Shown: positions 39,323 through 48,615, counted from the stretch's first letter. The stretch is DNA of 64,000 nt from an uncultured Cytophagia bacterium (GCA_964399735.1 CAYNSO010000003.1:51970-115969), one strand, 5' to 3'. The notes: a model not told the origin generated them from the letters alone. Numbers and translations are program-made.

Positions 39323-41149
39323 TTAATCAACATGCCTGACGGCGCTATCCTGTTCGGCCAAAATGCGTGATTTATTAAAATACATTTGCAATAAATCATG
39401 AGCAATGGGTGCAGCCTGGGCGCCGCCGCCGCCGCCATTTTCAATAAAAACGCAAAAAGCAATTTCCGGATTTTCAAAAGGAGCAAAGCCAATAAACCAG
39501 GCATGATCCTCGCCATGGGGATTTTGCGCGGTGCCGGTTTTACCCGCAACATGAATATTCGGTAAACGGCTGGCCCGCCCTGTACCTTTCTCGCCATTAA
39601 CTACCAGGCGCATTCCATTACGTATAATTGAATAGGTCTGCGACGATATACCGGTCGTTTGATTTTTTTGAAATAAAGTATTGGGTATTTCACGGTTTTG
39701 GGAATCGACAAAACGCTGCACCAGGTGGGGTGTATACCAGACGCCTGAATTTGCCAAAATCATGGCAAACTGAGCCATTTGCAGGGGTGTAGTTAACAGA
39801 TCGCCCTGGCCGATCCCTACATTCAGCAACATTCCCGCGGTCCAGCCCGTTTTTTGATAAACCTTGTTCAGGTATGTGCTATCGGGAACATTGCCCGCTC
39901 TTTCATCAGGTAAATCTATACCAGTAACACGGCCAAAACCAAACTCACGGGCATACCGGGCCCAGGTGTTTACATCCAGAGTAAGACTAACATTATACAA
40001 ATAGACATTACACGACATTTTAATAGCATCAGTCAGATTATTTGTGCCATGTCCGGCATGATTCCAGCAGTTAAAGGTTGCGTTTCCAAAACGAAAATAG
40101 CCCGGGCATGAATACATAGTATGCTCGGTTATTTTATTCTCTTGCAACGCTGCTGCCAGCATAACCAGTTTGAATGTAGAACCGGGGGGAAATTCTCCCT
40201 GGATCATTCTGTCATAAAGAGGTTTGGCGGGATTGTTGAGCAGGTTTTGCCAGGTTTTATGAGGTATATTACCCGCTAGTAGCGCCGGGTTATAATCCGG
40301 CTTGCTGCACATTACCAGCACTTCTCCATTCCTGGTATCGAGAAATACCGCGCCTCCCTGGCGATTTTGAAATAAATCTTCTGCAAATTTTTGCATATCC
40401 AGGTCGATTGCAAGATACAGATCATGCCCGGGTACAGGGTCTCTTTCTCCCGAGAACTCTTTATCAGCAACCTCCCTGCCAAGTGCGTTTACTTCAATAA
40501 AATTAAAGCCTGCCTGACCGCGTAATTTATCATCAAAAGCCTTTTCAATACCTTTTTTACCAATTATATCTCCTTGCACAATGCCGGTTTGCGGCAAGCC
40601 CTCCAGTTCTTTTTTTGATACTTCGGCCAAATATCCCAATAAATGGGCTGACCAAAGATTGTCCAGATACGTTCGTTTTGGTTCAATCTTTAAATAAATC
40701 CCCGGCAGGTTCAGCTTGTTTTCCTCAATACGGATCATTGCCTCAAATTCTATATCATTCCATACTTTGATAGATGTAAAAGGATTTTGAGCTGACGATA
40801 TTTTTTTACGAATTACAGCAAGAGAATCATCAAGAATATCCGACAATAAATTAATAACACTATCTTTGCGGCATTCAAAAGGCACTGCAAACACAGAATA
40901 GGATGGCTGATTTTTTACAATTATCTTGCCGTTCCGGTCATAAATAATGCCTCGTGACGGAATAATTCGCACACGGCGTATTCTATTTATATCTGAAAAA
41001 TTACGGTATTTTTGTCTTTCATAAACCTGTAGTTGAAACAGCTTGACCAACAGTAAAAAGAAAAAGAAGATTATGACGGCGCTGGATAATATTTTTTTAT
41101 CTTTATATATTGTCATAAATTCACTAATGATCAGGTCTTGTGAAATCAA
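39323..41149 (-). CDS. mrdA: Penicillin-binding protein 2 (class B transpeptidase)
   Basis: 608 aa. N-terminal TM, dimerisation domain, transpeptidase motifs (STFK in PPGSTFKLVMLAA, SCN, KTGT). The overlapping 99-aa ORF at 39298-39597 is treated as spurious. Confidence 0.85.
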   Translation of the reverse strand: MISQDLIISEFMTIYKDKKILSSAVIIFFFFLLLVKLFQLQVYERQKYRNFSDINRIRRVRIIPSRGIIYDRNGKIIVKNQPSYSVFAVPFECRKDSVINLLSDILDDSLAVIRKKISSAQNPFTSIKVWNDIEFEAMIRIEENKLNLPGIYLKIEPKRTYLDNLWSAHLLGYLAEVSKKELEGLPQTGIVQGDIIGKKGIEKAFDDKLRGQAGFNFIEVNALGREVADKEFSGERDPVPGHDLYLAIDLDMQKFAEDLFQNRQGGAVFLDTRNGEVLVMCSKPDYNPALLAGNIPHKTWQNLLNNPAKPLYDRMIQGEFPPGSTFKLVMLAAALQENKITEHTMYSCPGYFRFGNATFNCWNHAGHGTNNLTDAIKMSCNVYLYNVSLTLDVNTWARYAREFGFGRVTGIDLPDERAGNVPDSTYLNKVYQKTGWTAGMLLNVGIGQGDLLTTPLQMAQFAMILANSGVWYTPHLVQRFVDSQNREIPNTLFQKNQTTGISSQTYSIIRNGMRLVVNGEKGTGRASRLPNIHVAGKTGTAQNPHGEDHAWFIGFAPFENPEIAFCVFIENGGGGGAQAAPIAHDLLQMYFNKSRILAEQDSAVRHVD

Positions 41150-41646
41150 TAAGAATCAAAAGGATTGATCGTTGATTTTTTCCAGATTTTATGAGGTAAA
41201 AGCAAAATTATTAATCCCAGTACAATAAGGGTATACAAAATCTGCGGCGCCAGGTGTTTAAATATACCAGACCAGAAAGTTACTGACATAAAATTAATAA
41301 AAAAATGAGCCAGAAAAAAGTACTGTAAAATATAAACTACAAAGGTAAAGTAAAGTTCAATTTTCTTATGAAACACCCGTTTACTAAATAAAGAACCGGC
41401 AATAAACCCGCTGATAGAAAAAAGCAGGGAGCCCACTCCGGGTATGCCATAACCAAGTACATCGCGCAAAAAACCGGTAAAAAAACCGGCCAGGGTTGTA
41501 TAACTTTTGTTTGAACCCAGAGCTGCCAGGCCCAGTACAATAATGCTCAAATCGGGAACACTTTGGAACAAGGAAAAATGTCCCACCACCGAAACCTGTA
41601 AAATAACCGATAGCAGTAATAAAACCGCATAAATAATACTTTTCAT
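41146..41646 (-). CDS. mreD: Rod-shape-determining protein MreD
   Basis: 166 aa polytopic membrane protein between mreC and mrdA. 4-nt overlaps on both sides. Confidence 0.65.
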   Translation of the reverse strand: MKSIIYAVLLLLSVILQVSVVGHFSLFQSVPDLSIIVLGLAALGSNKSYTTLAGFFTGFLRDVLGYGIPGVGSLLFSISGFIAGSLFSKRVFHKKIELYFTFVVYILQYFFLAHFFINFMSVTFWSGIFKHLAPQILYTLIVLGLIILLLPHKIWKKSTINPFDSY

Positions 41647-42440
41647 TGCTGCATTTCTTTACTTTTAATAATTAAAACATACTCAAGCCGGGTATAATCG
41701 ACTTGAGGTTTAACGACAAGAATGTGAAACAAACGATTCGGGTCTCGTTTAATGCCAACCACATGACCAATAATAATGCCTTCCGGAAAAAAAGAATTGG
41801 TTCCGGCAGTAATGATCTGCTCGCCATTGGTAATGGTTACTGTTTGCGGCACACCCCACATAAGAGCCTTGTCGTCGCCATTTCCTTCAAAAACTCCGGT
41901 ATAGCGGGATTCTGCAAGTCGAGCGGCAGCGCGAAAATTTTTATCAACCAAAAGCTGACCAACAGAATAAGACCCGCTAACCCGCGCTATCTTGCCGGCC
42001 AAACCGGAACTGGCCATAAAGGGCATGTTTTCTTTAATTCCCTTGTCGTTCCCGGCATCAAGTATTACGGTTTTCATGCCGCCGGCGCCGTCAAAACCGG
42101 TTACCCGCGCCGCAACAGTTTCACCGGGCAGATATTGTTTCAGATCCAACAACGCCAAAAGCCTTTGATTTTTCCGCCCCAATTCCTCAAGTTGAGAATT
42201 ATGGTGTGCCAGTTGAATATTTTCTTTATAGAGGCGTGCATTCTCGGCGCGGATGCCCTGTAATTCCCACAATCCGGCAACAGGCTCCAGAATCCGGCCG
42301 GTTACATCCAGGGTCCATATATAAATTGCACTATCGCGGCCGGTTTGATGTGTAGATACAAGTATAATCAAAGAAGCGATTATCGTCATCGCTAAAAAGA
42401 AATAATCTCTCCATTGCGTTTTTTGCATTCTACCCGACAA
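41643..42440 (-). CDS. mreC: Rod-shape-determining protein MreC
   Basis: 265 aa. N-terminal TM, coiled coil, C-terminal beta-rich domain; conserved position in the operon. Confidence 0.75.
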   Translation of the reverse strand: MSGRMQKTQWRDYFFLAMTIIASLIILVSTHQTGRDSAIYIWTLDVTGRILEPVAGLWELQGIRAENARLYKENIQLAHHNSQLEELGRKNQRLLALLDLKQYLPGETVAARVTGFDGAGGMKTVILDAGNDKGIKENMPFMASSGLAGKIARVSGSYSVGQLLVDKNFRAAARLAESRYTGVFEGNGDDKALMWGVPQTVTITNGEQIITAGTNSFFPEGIIIGHVVGIKRDPNRLFHILVVKPQVDYTRLEYVLIIKSKEMQQ

Positions 42441-42454
42441 GCTGTTTTTCCTGG

Positions 42455-43240
42455 TTATTTTGTCAAATTACCCGGAGGCAAGGTTACAGAAAATTGTTGC
42501 GCTTTACCATTTTTCCATTGTAAAACCTCCGGCACACCGTTATCGATAACAGCAAATGTAAAATCATCCATCCAGTAACCGGGGTTAATATACCATCCTC
42601 CGCCATGTTGCTCCAGCGCCGGCCAGTGAGTATGTCCCAAAACAACATAATCATAACCATCGGCTATTCGCGCATAAGCAAATTCGCGGTAATCCATATC
42701 GGAATAGCCGGAACGATCCCTGGAAGCTTGCCGGCTAAGATGGGAACAAAATAGAGCCAGCGGTATGCCCAGATCGGGATGCAACATCCTGTACAGAGAT
42801 GTATTTAACGGACTGCGCAGCACTTTTTTCATAGCCCGGTACAAATAATCTTTTTTCAACAATCCGTCACCGTGTTTCATAAAAATTTTATAATTTTCAT
42901 TATTGATGACATAATCATCAAGGTGAAGATGCAAGCCGACTTCATTCTTCATAAATGACCCCAGCCAGAAATCATGGTTTCCAGCCATATAATGAATCTC
43001 TTTCCCGGAGCGGCAAAGATTGGTCAATAAAGAGATAATATGAAAATGCCGCTGGGGAATGGCGTGACGGTACTCGAACCAAAAATCAAACAAATCGCCG
43101 ACGATCACCAGAATTGCATCCTGAGCGGCAAAATATTCTAAAAAAGAAACGAGATGATGTGCTTTTCTGGCTTCTGCTTCATGATCCTGGGCGCCTAAAT
43201 GGGCATCGGAAAGAAAATAAATTTTACTCATTAAAATCAT
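42455..43240 (-). CDS. Calcineurin-like metallophosphoesterase, LpxH-like (UDP-2,3-diacylglucosamine pyrophosphatase family)
   Basis: 261 aa. Metal-binding motifs IYFLSDAHLG, GDLFDFW, GNHDFW, typical of LpxH-like phosphoesterases. Confidence 0.6.
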   Translation of the reverse strand: MILMSKIYFLSDAHLGAQDHEAEARKAHHLVSFLEYFAAQDAILVIVGDLFDFWFEYRHAIPQRHFHIISLLTNLCRSGKEIHYMAGNHDFWLGSFMKNEVGLHLHLDDYVINNENYKIFMKHGDGLLKKDYLYRAMKKVLRSPLNTSLYRMLHPDLGIPLALFCSHLSRQASRDRSGYSDMDYREFAYARIADGYDYVVLGHTHWPALEQHGGGWYINPGYWMDDFTFAVIDNGVPEVLQWKNGKAQQFSVTLPPGNLTK

Positions 43241-43445
43241 CCATCCTGTTTAAAAAATAAATTAAACAAACATGGATTCAAATGCAAGACCAGAATGCAA
43301 CCAGTGATATAAATACAGGAAAACAGCAAAATTAAAGCACCCATTATTTAAAAAGAGTTGACAAATAATTAAAAGTTTATTACTTTTTAACTTACATACA
43401 TCATTTTTTTTAAATAGCAGAAAAAAATTGGAGGCAGATTTGACA

Positions 43446-43730
43446 ATGGAAGCATTAGGTCTGGTAGAAACTCGTGGATTTATCCCCGCCATCGAAGCGG
43501 CTGATGCCATGGTAAAAGCAGCAAATGTTCAACTGGTTGGCACCGAACGGGTAGGCAGTGGTTTGGTTACAGTTATCGTTCGTGGTGATGTTGGCGCTGT
43601 CAAAGCGGCCACCGATGCCGGCGCTGCTGCCGCTGAAAAAGTTGGCGAACTGGTTTCAGTTCACGTTATTCCGCGTCCTCATTCCGAGGTTGAACAAATT
43701 TTACCCAAAGTAAAAACATCCGTAAAATAG
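43446..43730 (+). CDS. Bacterial microcompartment shell protein, BMC-H (PduA/EutM/CcmK-like, Pfam00936)
   Basis: 94 aa [82 protein letters not shown], near-identical in pattern to PduA/EutM. GGAGG lies 11 nt upstream of the ATG at 43446. The ORF track uses an upstream TTG at 43428. Confidence 0.85.
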   Translation: MEALGLVETRGFIPAIEAADAMVKAANVQLVGTERVGSGLVTVIVRGDVGAVKAATDAGAAAAEKVGELVSVHVIPRPHSEVEQILPKVKTSVK

Positions 43731-43857
43731 TTACTTTCGGTTCGGAATAATCATTTAACTTTCAGGATATACCGGGTTTTATTCCAGACCCTGTTATATC
43801 ATTATTACTATAACATTTTATTATTTATCTATTCCAATGCAGATTACAGGAACATAA

Positions 43858-44724
43858 GTGCAAATTTCATCTTTTGCTAAAATCAACCTGGGCTTGAGAA
43901 TTCTGGGGAAGCGTAATGATGGTTTCCATGAATTAGAGACTATTTTCCAAACGATCAGCGTACATGACGATTTAGAATTTTACCCGGCGGATAAAGAGAT
44001 CACCTTGAAAGGAGATTCGCCGGGCTGTTCGTCAGAACACAATCTTGTTTATAAAGCAGCGTTATTGCTAAAACAGCATTGCAGTATTGAGCAAGGGTGC
44101 ATAATAAAACTCGATAAAAGAATTCCAGTCGGAGCAGGCTTGGGCGGGGGCAGCAGTAATGCCGCAACAACCCTGATTGCCCTGAACAATTTATGGAATA
44201 TTGGCCTTAAAACTGATTCGCTGCTGTCTCTTGCGGCGCAGCTTGGTTCCGATGTACCTTTTTTTATTATTAAAGGAACGGCATTGGGTCAAGGCAGGGG
44301 TGAAATATTAACGCCGCTTGATTTTTCCCTGCAATTCCATGGGGTGCTGGTTTGCCCCGATTTGCGTATAATAACGAAAACAGCTTATGAAATGCTTAAT
44401 TTTAGCTTGACAAAGTCATTTAAAAAAAGTAAATTTAGTGTCTTGACAAGATGGAAGACCGATTACAAGATATGGAATACACAACTGGTAAATGATTTTG
44501 AACCAGTAATATTTAACGCATATCCTGAACTGAGTCAAATTTTCCAAGATTTTAAAAAGCAGGATGCGTTTTATTCCCGGATGTCAGGAAGCGGTTCAAC
44601 AATGTTTGGCTTGTTTGAAAATGAAGAAAAGGCAGTAAAAGCCCGGCAGTATTTTCAAAAAAAATACAAAACCTTTATTTTTACGCCGCTTTATCAAAGT
44701 ACTATAATAACTGAATCCGGATAA
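43858..44724 (+). CDS. ispE: 4-diphosphocytidyl-2-C-methyl-D-erythritol kinase
   Basis: 288 aa, GTG start. N-terminus FAKINLGLRILGKRNDGFHEL and GHMP-kinase motif PVGAGLGGGSSNAA. Confidence 0.85.
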   Translation: MQISSFAKINLGLRILGKRNDGFHELETIFQTISVHDDLEFYPADKEITLKGDSPGCSSEHNLVYKAALLLKQHCSIEQGCIIKLDKRIPVGAGLGGGSSNAATTLIALNNLWNIGLKTDSLLSLAAQLGSDVPFFIIKGTALGQGRGEILTPLDFSLQFHGVLVCPDLRIITKTAYEMLNFSLTKSFKKSKFSVLTRWKTDYKIWNTQLVNDFEPVIFNAYPELSQIFQDFKKQDAFYSRMSGSGSTMFGLFENEEKAVKARQYFQKKYKTFIFTPLYQSTIITESG

Positions 44725-44739
44725 AATAGAAATCATTTT

Positions 44740-44810
44740 GGGGCGTCGTCAAGCGGTAAGACACAGGATTTTGGATCCTGCATTCGGAGGTTCGAATCCT
44801 CCCGCCCCAG
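44740..44810 (+). tRNA. tRNA-Gln (anticodon UUG)
   Basis: Cloverleaf folded by hand. Acceptor stem TGGGGCG/CGCCCCA, D-arm GTC-AAGCGGTAAG-GAC, anticodon stem CAGGA/TCCTG with loop TTTTGGA (anticodon TTG), T-arm GGAGG-TTCGAAT-CCTCC, discriminator G. Nearly colinear with E. coli tRNA-Gln. CCA is not encoded. Confidence 0.8.
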
Positions 44811-44821
44811 CAAGATCCTTT

Positions 44822-44853
44822 AAATGACGAAATAAATATATTCGTCATTTTTT
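44822..44853 (+). terminator. Rho-independent terminator after ispE-tRNA-Gln
   Basis: 10-bp stem AAATGACGAA / TTCGTCATTT with a 9-nt loop, followed by a T run (TTTTTCG). Confidence 0.55.
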
Positions 44854-44906
44854 CGTTAAAATATTCAAGTTACTTTCATTACCAGGCCAATGCGGTAAAG
44901 GCAGGA

Positions 44907-45911
44907 ATGAAAAAACAAATTGACAAAAAAAATAGTATTGGAATGGTGAATTCATCAAATGCACCCGAAATTAAAATTTTTTCGGGGCGATCAAATCCCG
45001 GCCTAGCTGAAAGAATTGCCTCGATTTTAGACAAGCCTCTTGGGCAGGTTGAAATCAAAAATTTCTCCGATGGGGAAATTTGGGTTAAATATAATGAAAA
45101 TATTCGGGGTACTGATGTTTTTATCGTTCAACCGACAAATGCACCGGCAGAAAATCTGCTGGAATTGCTCATTATGATCGATGCGGCGCGGCGGGCTTCT
45201 GCTTCCTGCATTACTGCAGTTATCCCTTATTTTGGGTATGCCCGGCAGGACAGGAAAGATCAGCCAAGAGTGGCAATCAGTTCCAAACTGGTGGCCAACC
45301 TGATCGTCAAAGCCGGGATTAACCGGGTATTAACCATGGATTTACACGCCCCGCAAATTCAGGGTTTTTTTGATATACCATTGGATCATTTATATGCCGC
45401 CACTTTATTTATTGATCATATAAAAAAATTAAACCTGCCGAATCTGGTGGTCGCTTCACCGGATATTGGCGGCATTCATTTGGCTCGCGCTTATGCCAGC
45501 AGGCTGGGTTCGGATCTGGTTATGATGAACAAACGTAGAATAAAACATAATGTATGCTGCGTTACGGAACTGATTGGCGATGTTCGTGATAAAAATGTTC
45601 TCGTTGTTGATGACATCATCGATACTGCCGGCACCCTGGTTAACGGTGTTAAAGTTTTAAAAGATAAAGGCGCCAATGATATTTATGTAGCGTGTACTCA
45701 TGCCTTGTTATCGGGCAATGCTGTGGAATTGATTCAGAATTCAAATATAACCAAAATATTTTGCAGCAATTCAACCAGTTTGCCGGAACATAAAAAGCTC
45801 GATAATATGGAAGTCCTTTGTATCTCCAGGTTATTGGCTGAAGCAATTACACGAATACACGAAGAGAGATCGATTTCCGATCTGTTTCCACAAAAAGGAC
45901 CAATGCATTAA
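44907..45911 (+). CDS. prs: Ribose-phosphate pyrophosphokinase (PRPP synthetase)
   Basis: 334 aa. IKIFSGRSNPGLAERIA, PRPP-binding loop VVDDIIDTAGT. The true start may be the internal Met at MVNSSNAPEIKIFSG (44943). Confidence 0.9.
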   Translation: MKKQIDKKNSIGMVNSSNAPEIKIFSGRSNPGLAERIASILDKPLGQVEIKNFSDGEIWVKYNENIRGTDVFIVQPTNAPAENLLELLIMIDAARRASASCITAVIPYFGYARQDRKDQPRVAISSKLVANLIVKAGINRVLTMDLHAPQIQGFFDIPLDHLYAATLFIDHIKKLNLPNLVVASPDIGGIHLARAYASRLGSDLVMMNKRRIKHNVCCVTELIGDVRDKNVLVVDDIIDTAGTLVNGVKVLKDKGANDIYVACTHALLSGNAVELIQNSNITKIFCSNSTSLPEHKKLDNMEVLCISRLLAEAITRIHEERSISDLFPQKGPMH

Positions 45912-45956
45912 AATAAAAATACTGATACAAAGCAGATAAATTTATGGAGATATGAA

Positions 45957-46583
45957 ATGTCAGAACTTTCGTTGACAGTTGAAACCCGTAAAGAAACGGG
46001 CAAGCAATATGCAAAAAAATTAAAACGGGAAAATAAAATACCAGGCATATTTTATTTTCATGGTAAGGAAAGTATTCCATTTACAGTTGGATTGAAAGAA
46101 GCACAAGCGCTGGTCGGTAAGGAAAGCGGAATATTAAAAGTATTGTTTGATGGCAAACAGGAAAAAAATTGCATCATCAGGGAGATTCAATATAACCCCA
46201 TTACTGCCAAACCGATTCATATTGATTTAATGGGAATTTTGATGACCGAAAAGGTTCATGTTACTGTTCCCGTGCATTTGACAGGAATACCGATTGGAGT
46301 TAAAAATTTTAACGGCCTTTTACAACACAATACCCGTGAAATTGAAATTATGTGTATGCCGGCAGATATTCCCCAGTTTATTGAGATTGATGTAACAAAA
46401 TTGGGCATTGGCGATTCGGTCCACCTTTCATCCATTAAAATGGATAAAATTGAATTTTTGAACGAACCTGAAACAGTAATTGCCTCAGTCGGCGCTATGC
46501 GAGCCGCTGAAGGGGCTGCCGAAGCCGGTGAAGAAGGAACAAAAGAACCGGAATTGATTACCAAAGCCGAAGAGAATGAATAA
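45957..46583 (+). CDS. rplY: 50S ribosomal protein L25 / general stress protein Ctc
   Basis: 208 aa. The N-terminal L25 domain (LTVETRKETGKQYAKKLKRENKIPGIFY) plus a C-terminal Ctc-type extension. Confidence 0.8.
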   Translation: MSELSLTVETRKETGKQYAKKLKRENKIPGIFYFHGKESIPFTVGLKEAQALVGKESGILKVLFDGKQEKNCIIREIQYNPITAKPIHIDLMGILMTEKVHVTVPVHLTGIPIGVKNFNGLLQHNTREIEIMCMPADIPQFIEIDVTKLGIGDSVHLSSIKMDKIEFLNEPETVIASVGAMRAAEGAAEAGEEGTKEPELITKAEENE

Positions 46584-46619
46584 TGACGACAAGCTGGCTC
46601 GGATAAACCTGGTGAATAA

Positions 46620-47201
46620 ATGCCCGAAACATATTTCATCGTCGGATTGGGAAATCCAGGTCGCCGGTATAGCAAAACTCGTCATAATACAGGTTTTATG
46701 GTTGCAGACAAGATAGTGTCAACGTTTTATGGTTCTTTGGAAAAAATAGAAACACTTGCGGAAATTGCACACCTGACAATTAGCCAAAAACAGGTAATTG
46801 TTGCAAAACCGCAAACATATATGAACAACAGCGGCATTGCCGTTAAAGCCCTGGTTCAGCGTTTTAATATAAATCTGGATCATTTACTGGTCATTTATGA
46901 TGATGTTAATCTTGAATTTGGCCGGCTAAAAATTAAAGGCGGAGGAAGTTCCGGAGGGCATAATGGAATGGAATCAATTCTGTTTCATTTACAGTCCGAT
47001 GAATTTCCACGGTTACGGGTGGGCATAGGTTCGCCCAAAATGGCACACAATATGGTTCGCTTTGTATTATCCGGTTTTACACGAACCGAACGGCAATTAA
47101 TGAACGATATTGTACATAATGCAGAAAAAGCAGCGACCAGCTTTATAATGGACGGACTTGAAAAAACAATGAATAGTTATAATGCCAAATTGAATAAATA
47201 A
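46620..47201 (+). CDS. pth: Peptidyl-tRNA hydrolase
   Basis: 193 aa. YFIVGLGNPGRRYSKTRHNTGFMV is the canonical Pth N-terminus. Confidence 0.9.
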   Translation: MPETYFIVGLGNPGRRYSKTRHNTGFMVADKIVSTFYGSLEKIETLAEIAHLTISQKQVIVAKPQTYMNNSGIAVKALVQRFNINLDHLLVIYDDVNLEFGRLKIKGGGSSGGHNGMESILFHLQSDEFPRLRVGIGSPKMAHNMVRFVLSGFTRTERQLMNDIVHNAEKAATSFIMDGLEKTMNSYNAKLNK

Positions 47202-47221
47202 TCCTATCAGGAGGAGTAAAC

Positions 47222-47734
47222 TTGCGTAAATACGAAACCATATTTGTAATTGATTCGTTACTAAAATCAGATGAAATTGAAAGCATCATTACAAAATATG
47301 AAAAATTTATCTCGGCAAATGGCGGACAAATTGAAACATTGGAGCGGTGGGGCAAAAAGAGACTTGCCTTTGAAATTAAAAAAAGACAATATGGTTATTA
47401 TGTCTTTATTCGTTTTGACGGCAGCCCGTCTATGATCAAACCGCTGGAACGGGAATATCGTTTGAATGAATCAATTTTACGCTATAAAACAATTTTATTA
47501 TCAACAATGGCTTTAAAAGCGCTGGCGATACAGCAGGCAATGGGTTTAACAAAAAGAGCACAAGAGGAATCAGAAGACAAAACTGCTGCGGTTCAAGTTG
47601 CGCCGGTTGATGTTGCGCCGGTTGATGTTGCGCCGGTTGATGTTGATGATGATAGTGAAATCACGAAAAGTTCACAGCAAGAAAATGATTCATTACAAGC
47701 CGAACAACCTGTGGAAGAAAAACAAGACGATTGA
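47222..47734 (+). CDS. rpsF: 30S ribosomal protein S6 with extended acidic/repetitive C-terminal tail
   Basis: 170 aa, TTG start preceded by AGGAGG. N-terminal S6 fold (RKYETIFVIDS...). The C-terminal tail contains (VAPVD)x3 and is acidic. Confidence 0.85.
   Translation: MRKYETIFVIDSLLKSDEIESIITKYEKFISANGGQIETLERWGKKRLAFEIKKRQYGYYVFIRFDGSPSMIKPLEREYRLNESILRYKTILLSTMALKALAIQQAMGLTKRAQEESEDKTAAVQVAPVDVAPVDVAPVDVDDDSEITKSSQQENDSLQAEQPVEEKQDD
47597..47641 (+). repeat. Perfect 3 x 15-nt tandem repeat (GTTGCGCCGGTTGAT) inside the rpsF tail
   Basis: Read directly from the sequence. Three identical in-frame copies encoding VAPVD, followed by GTTGATGATGAT. Confidence 0.85.
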
Positions 47735-47823
47735 TTGTTCACTTGATATTTGCAGATAAATTTTGTATTATTATCTAAATATATCTCAACAGGATTTGTT
47801 AAAAAGGCCATAGGAGCAGGTAT

Positions 47824-48351
47824 ATGTCCGAATTGAAAATGCCTGATATCAATAATGTGCTGATTGCCGGAAATTTAACGAGCGATCCTATATTTCGAAA
47901 AACCAATAATGGAACATCTGTAACAAATTTCTTTATTGCTTCAAATCGTAAATACCGGGATAATTCCGGTATATGGCGAGAGAACCTTTGTTATGTTGGT
48001 GTTGTTGCCTGGCATAGATTGGCAGATACATGTAATGAAATTTTGAAAAAGGGCAGCGCCGTTTTGATTGATGGAGAATTACAAAGCAGAAACTGGCGGA
48101 ATGAAGATGGTACCAGCAGAAATGTAGTAGAAATTCGTGCACGGAGAATTCAATTCCTTGACAAAGCATTATCGGCAGAAGTTGAAGAAATGGCAATTAA
48201 TGATAGTGAAGAAAAGACTAACATAACAAATGATGAACAACCGGGTATCCAGCAGCCAATTCCGGAAGAAAATATTCCCATTGCACCAATAAAAGAAATC
48301 AAGGTGGAACCAACTGAATTTGATTTTGGTTATAAAAATTTGAATCTATAA
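47824..48351 (+). CDS. ssb: Single-stranded DNA-binding protein (OB fold; between rpsF and rpsR)
   Basis: 175 aa. OB-fold core (NNVLIAGNLTSDPIFRKTNNGTSVTNFFIASNRKY...WHRLADTCNEILKKGSAVLIDGELQSRNW). The C-terminus ends ...FDFGYKNLNL rather than the classic DDDIPF. Confidence 0.7.
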   Translation: MSELKMPDINNVLIAGNLTSDPIFRKTNNGTSVTNFFIASNRKYRDNSGIWRENLCYVGVVAWHRLADTCNEILKKGSAVLIDGELQSRNWRNEDGTSRNVVEIRARRIQFLDKALSAEVEEMAINDSEEKTNITNDEQPGIQQPIPEENIPIAPIKEIKVEPTEFDFGYKNLNL

Positions 48352-48372
48352 AGTATCATAAAAGGAGTTTCT

Positions 48373-48594
48373 ATGCTCAAAAAGAAAAGGATTTGCAGAT
48401 TTTGTGAAGAAAAAATCTTGTATATCGATTATAAAGACGATAAAAAGCTGCAACGATTCACAACCGAACAAGGGAAAATTATCCCCCGCAGAACATCTGG
48501 CACATGTGCAAAACATCAGCGTCAGTTGGTCAAAGCCCTTAATTTGGCCAGAGAAATCGCTCTGATACCATACGTTGCAGATTTGACTAAATAA
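48373..48594 (+). CDS. rpsR: 30S ribosomal protein S18
   Basis: 73 aa. [17 protein letters not shown]...[17 protein letters not shown]. Confidence 0.9.
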   Translation: MLKKKRICRFCEEKILYIDYKDDKKLQRFTTEQGKIIPRRTSGTCAKHQRQLVKALNLAREIALIPYVADLTK

Positions 48595-48615
48595 ATAATG
48601 CACAGGAAAGGAAAT

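Noticed and set aside
39298-39597. 99-aa minus-strand ORF overlapping the 3-prime end of mrdA
   Set aside because: Out-of-frame overlap with the PBP2 gene. Ala/Leu/Lys-rich with no motif. Judged spurious.
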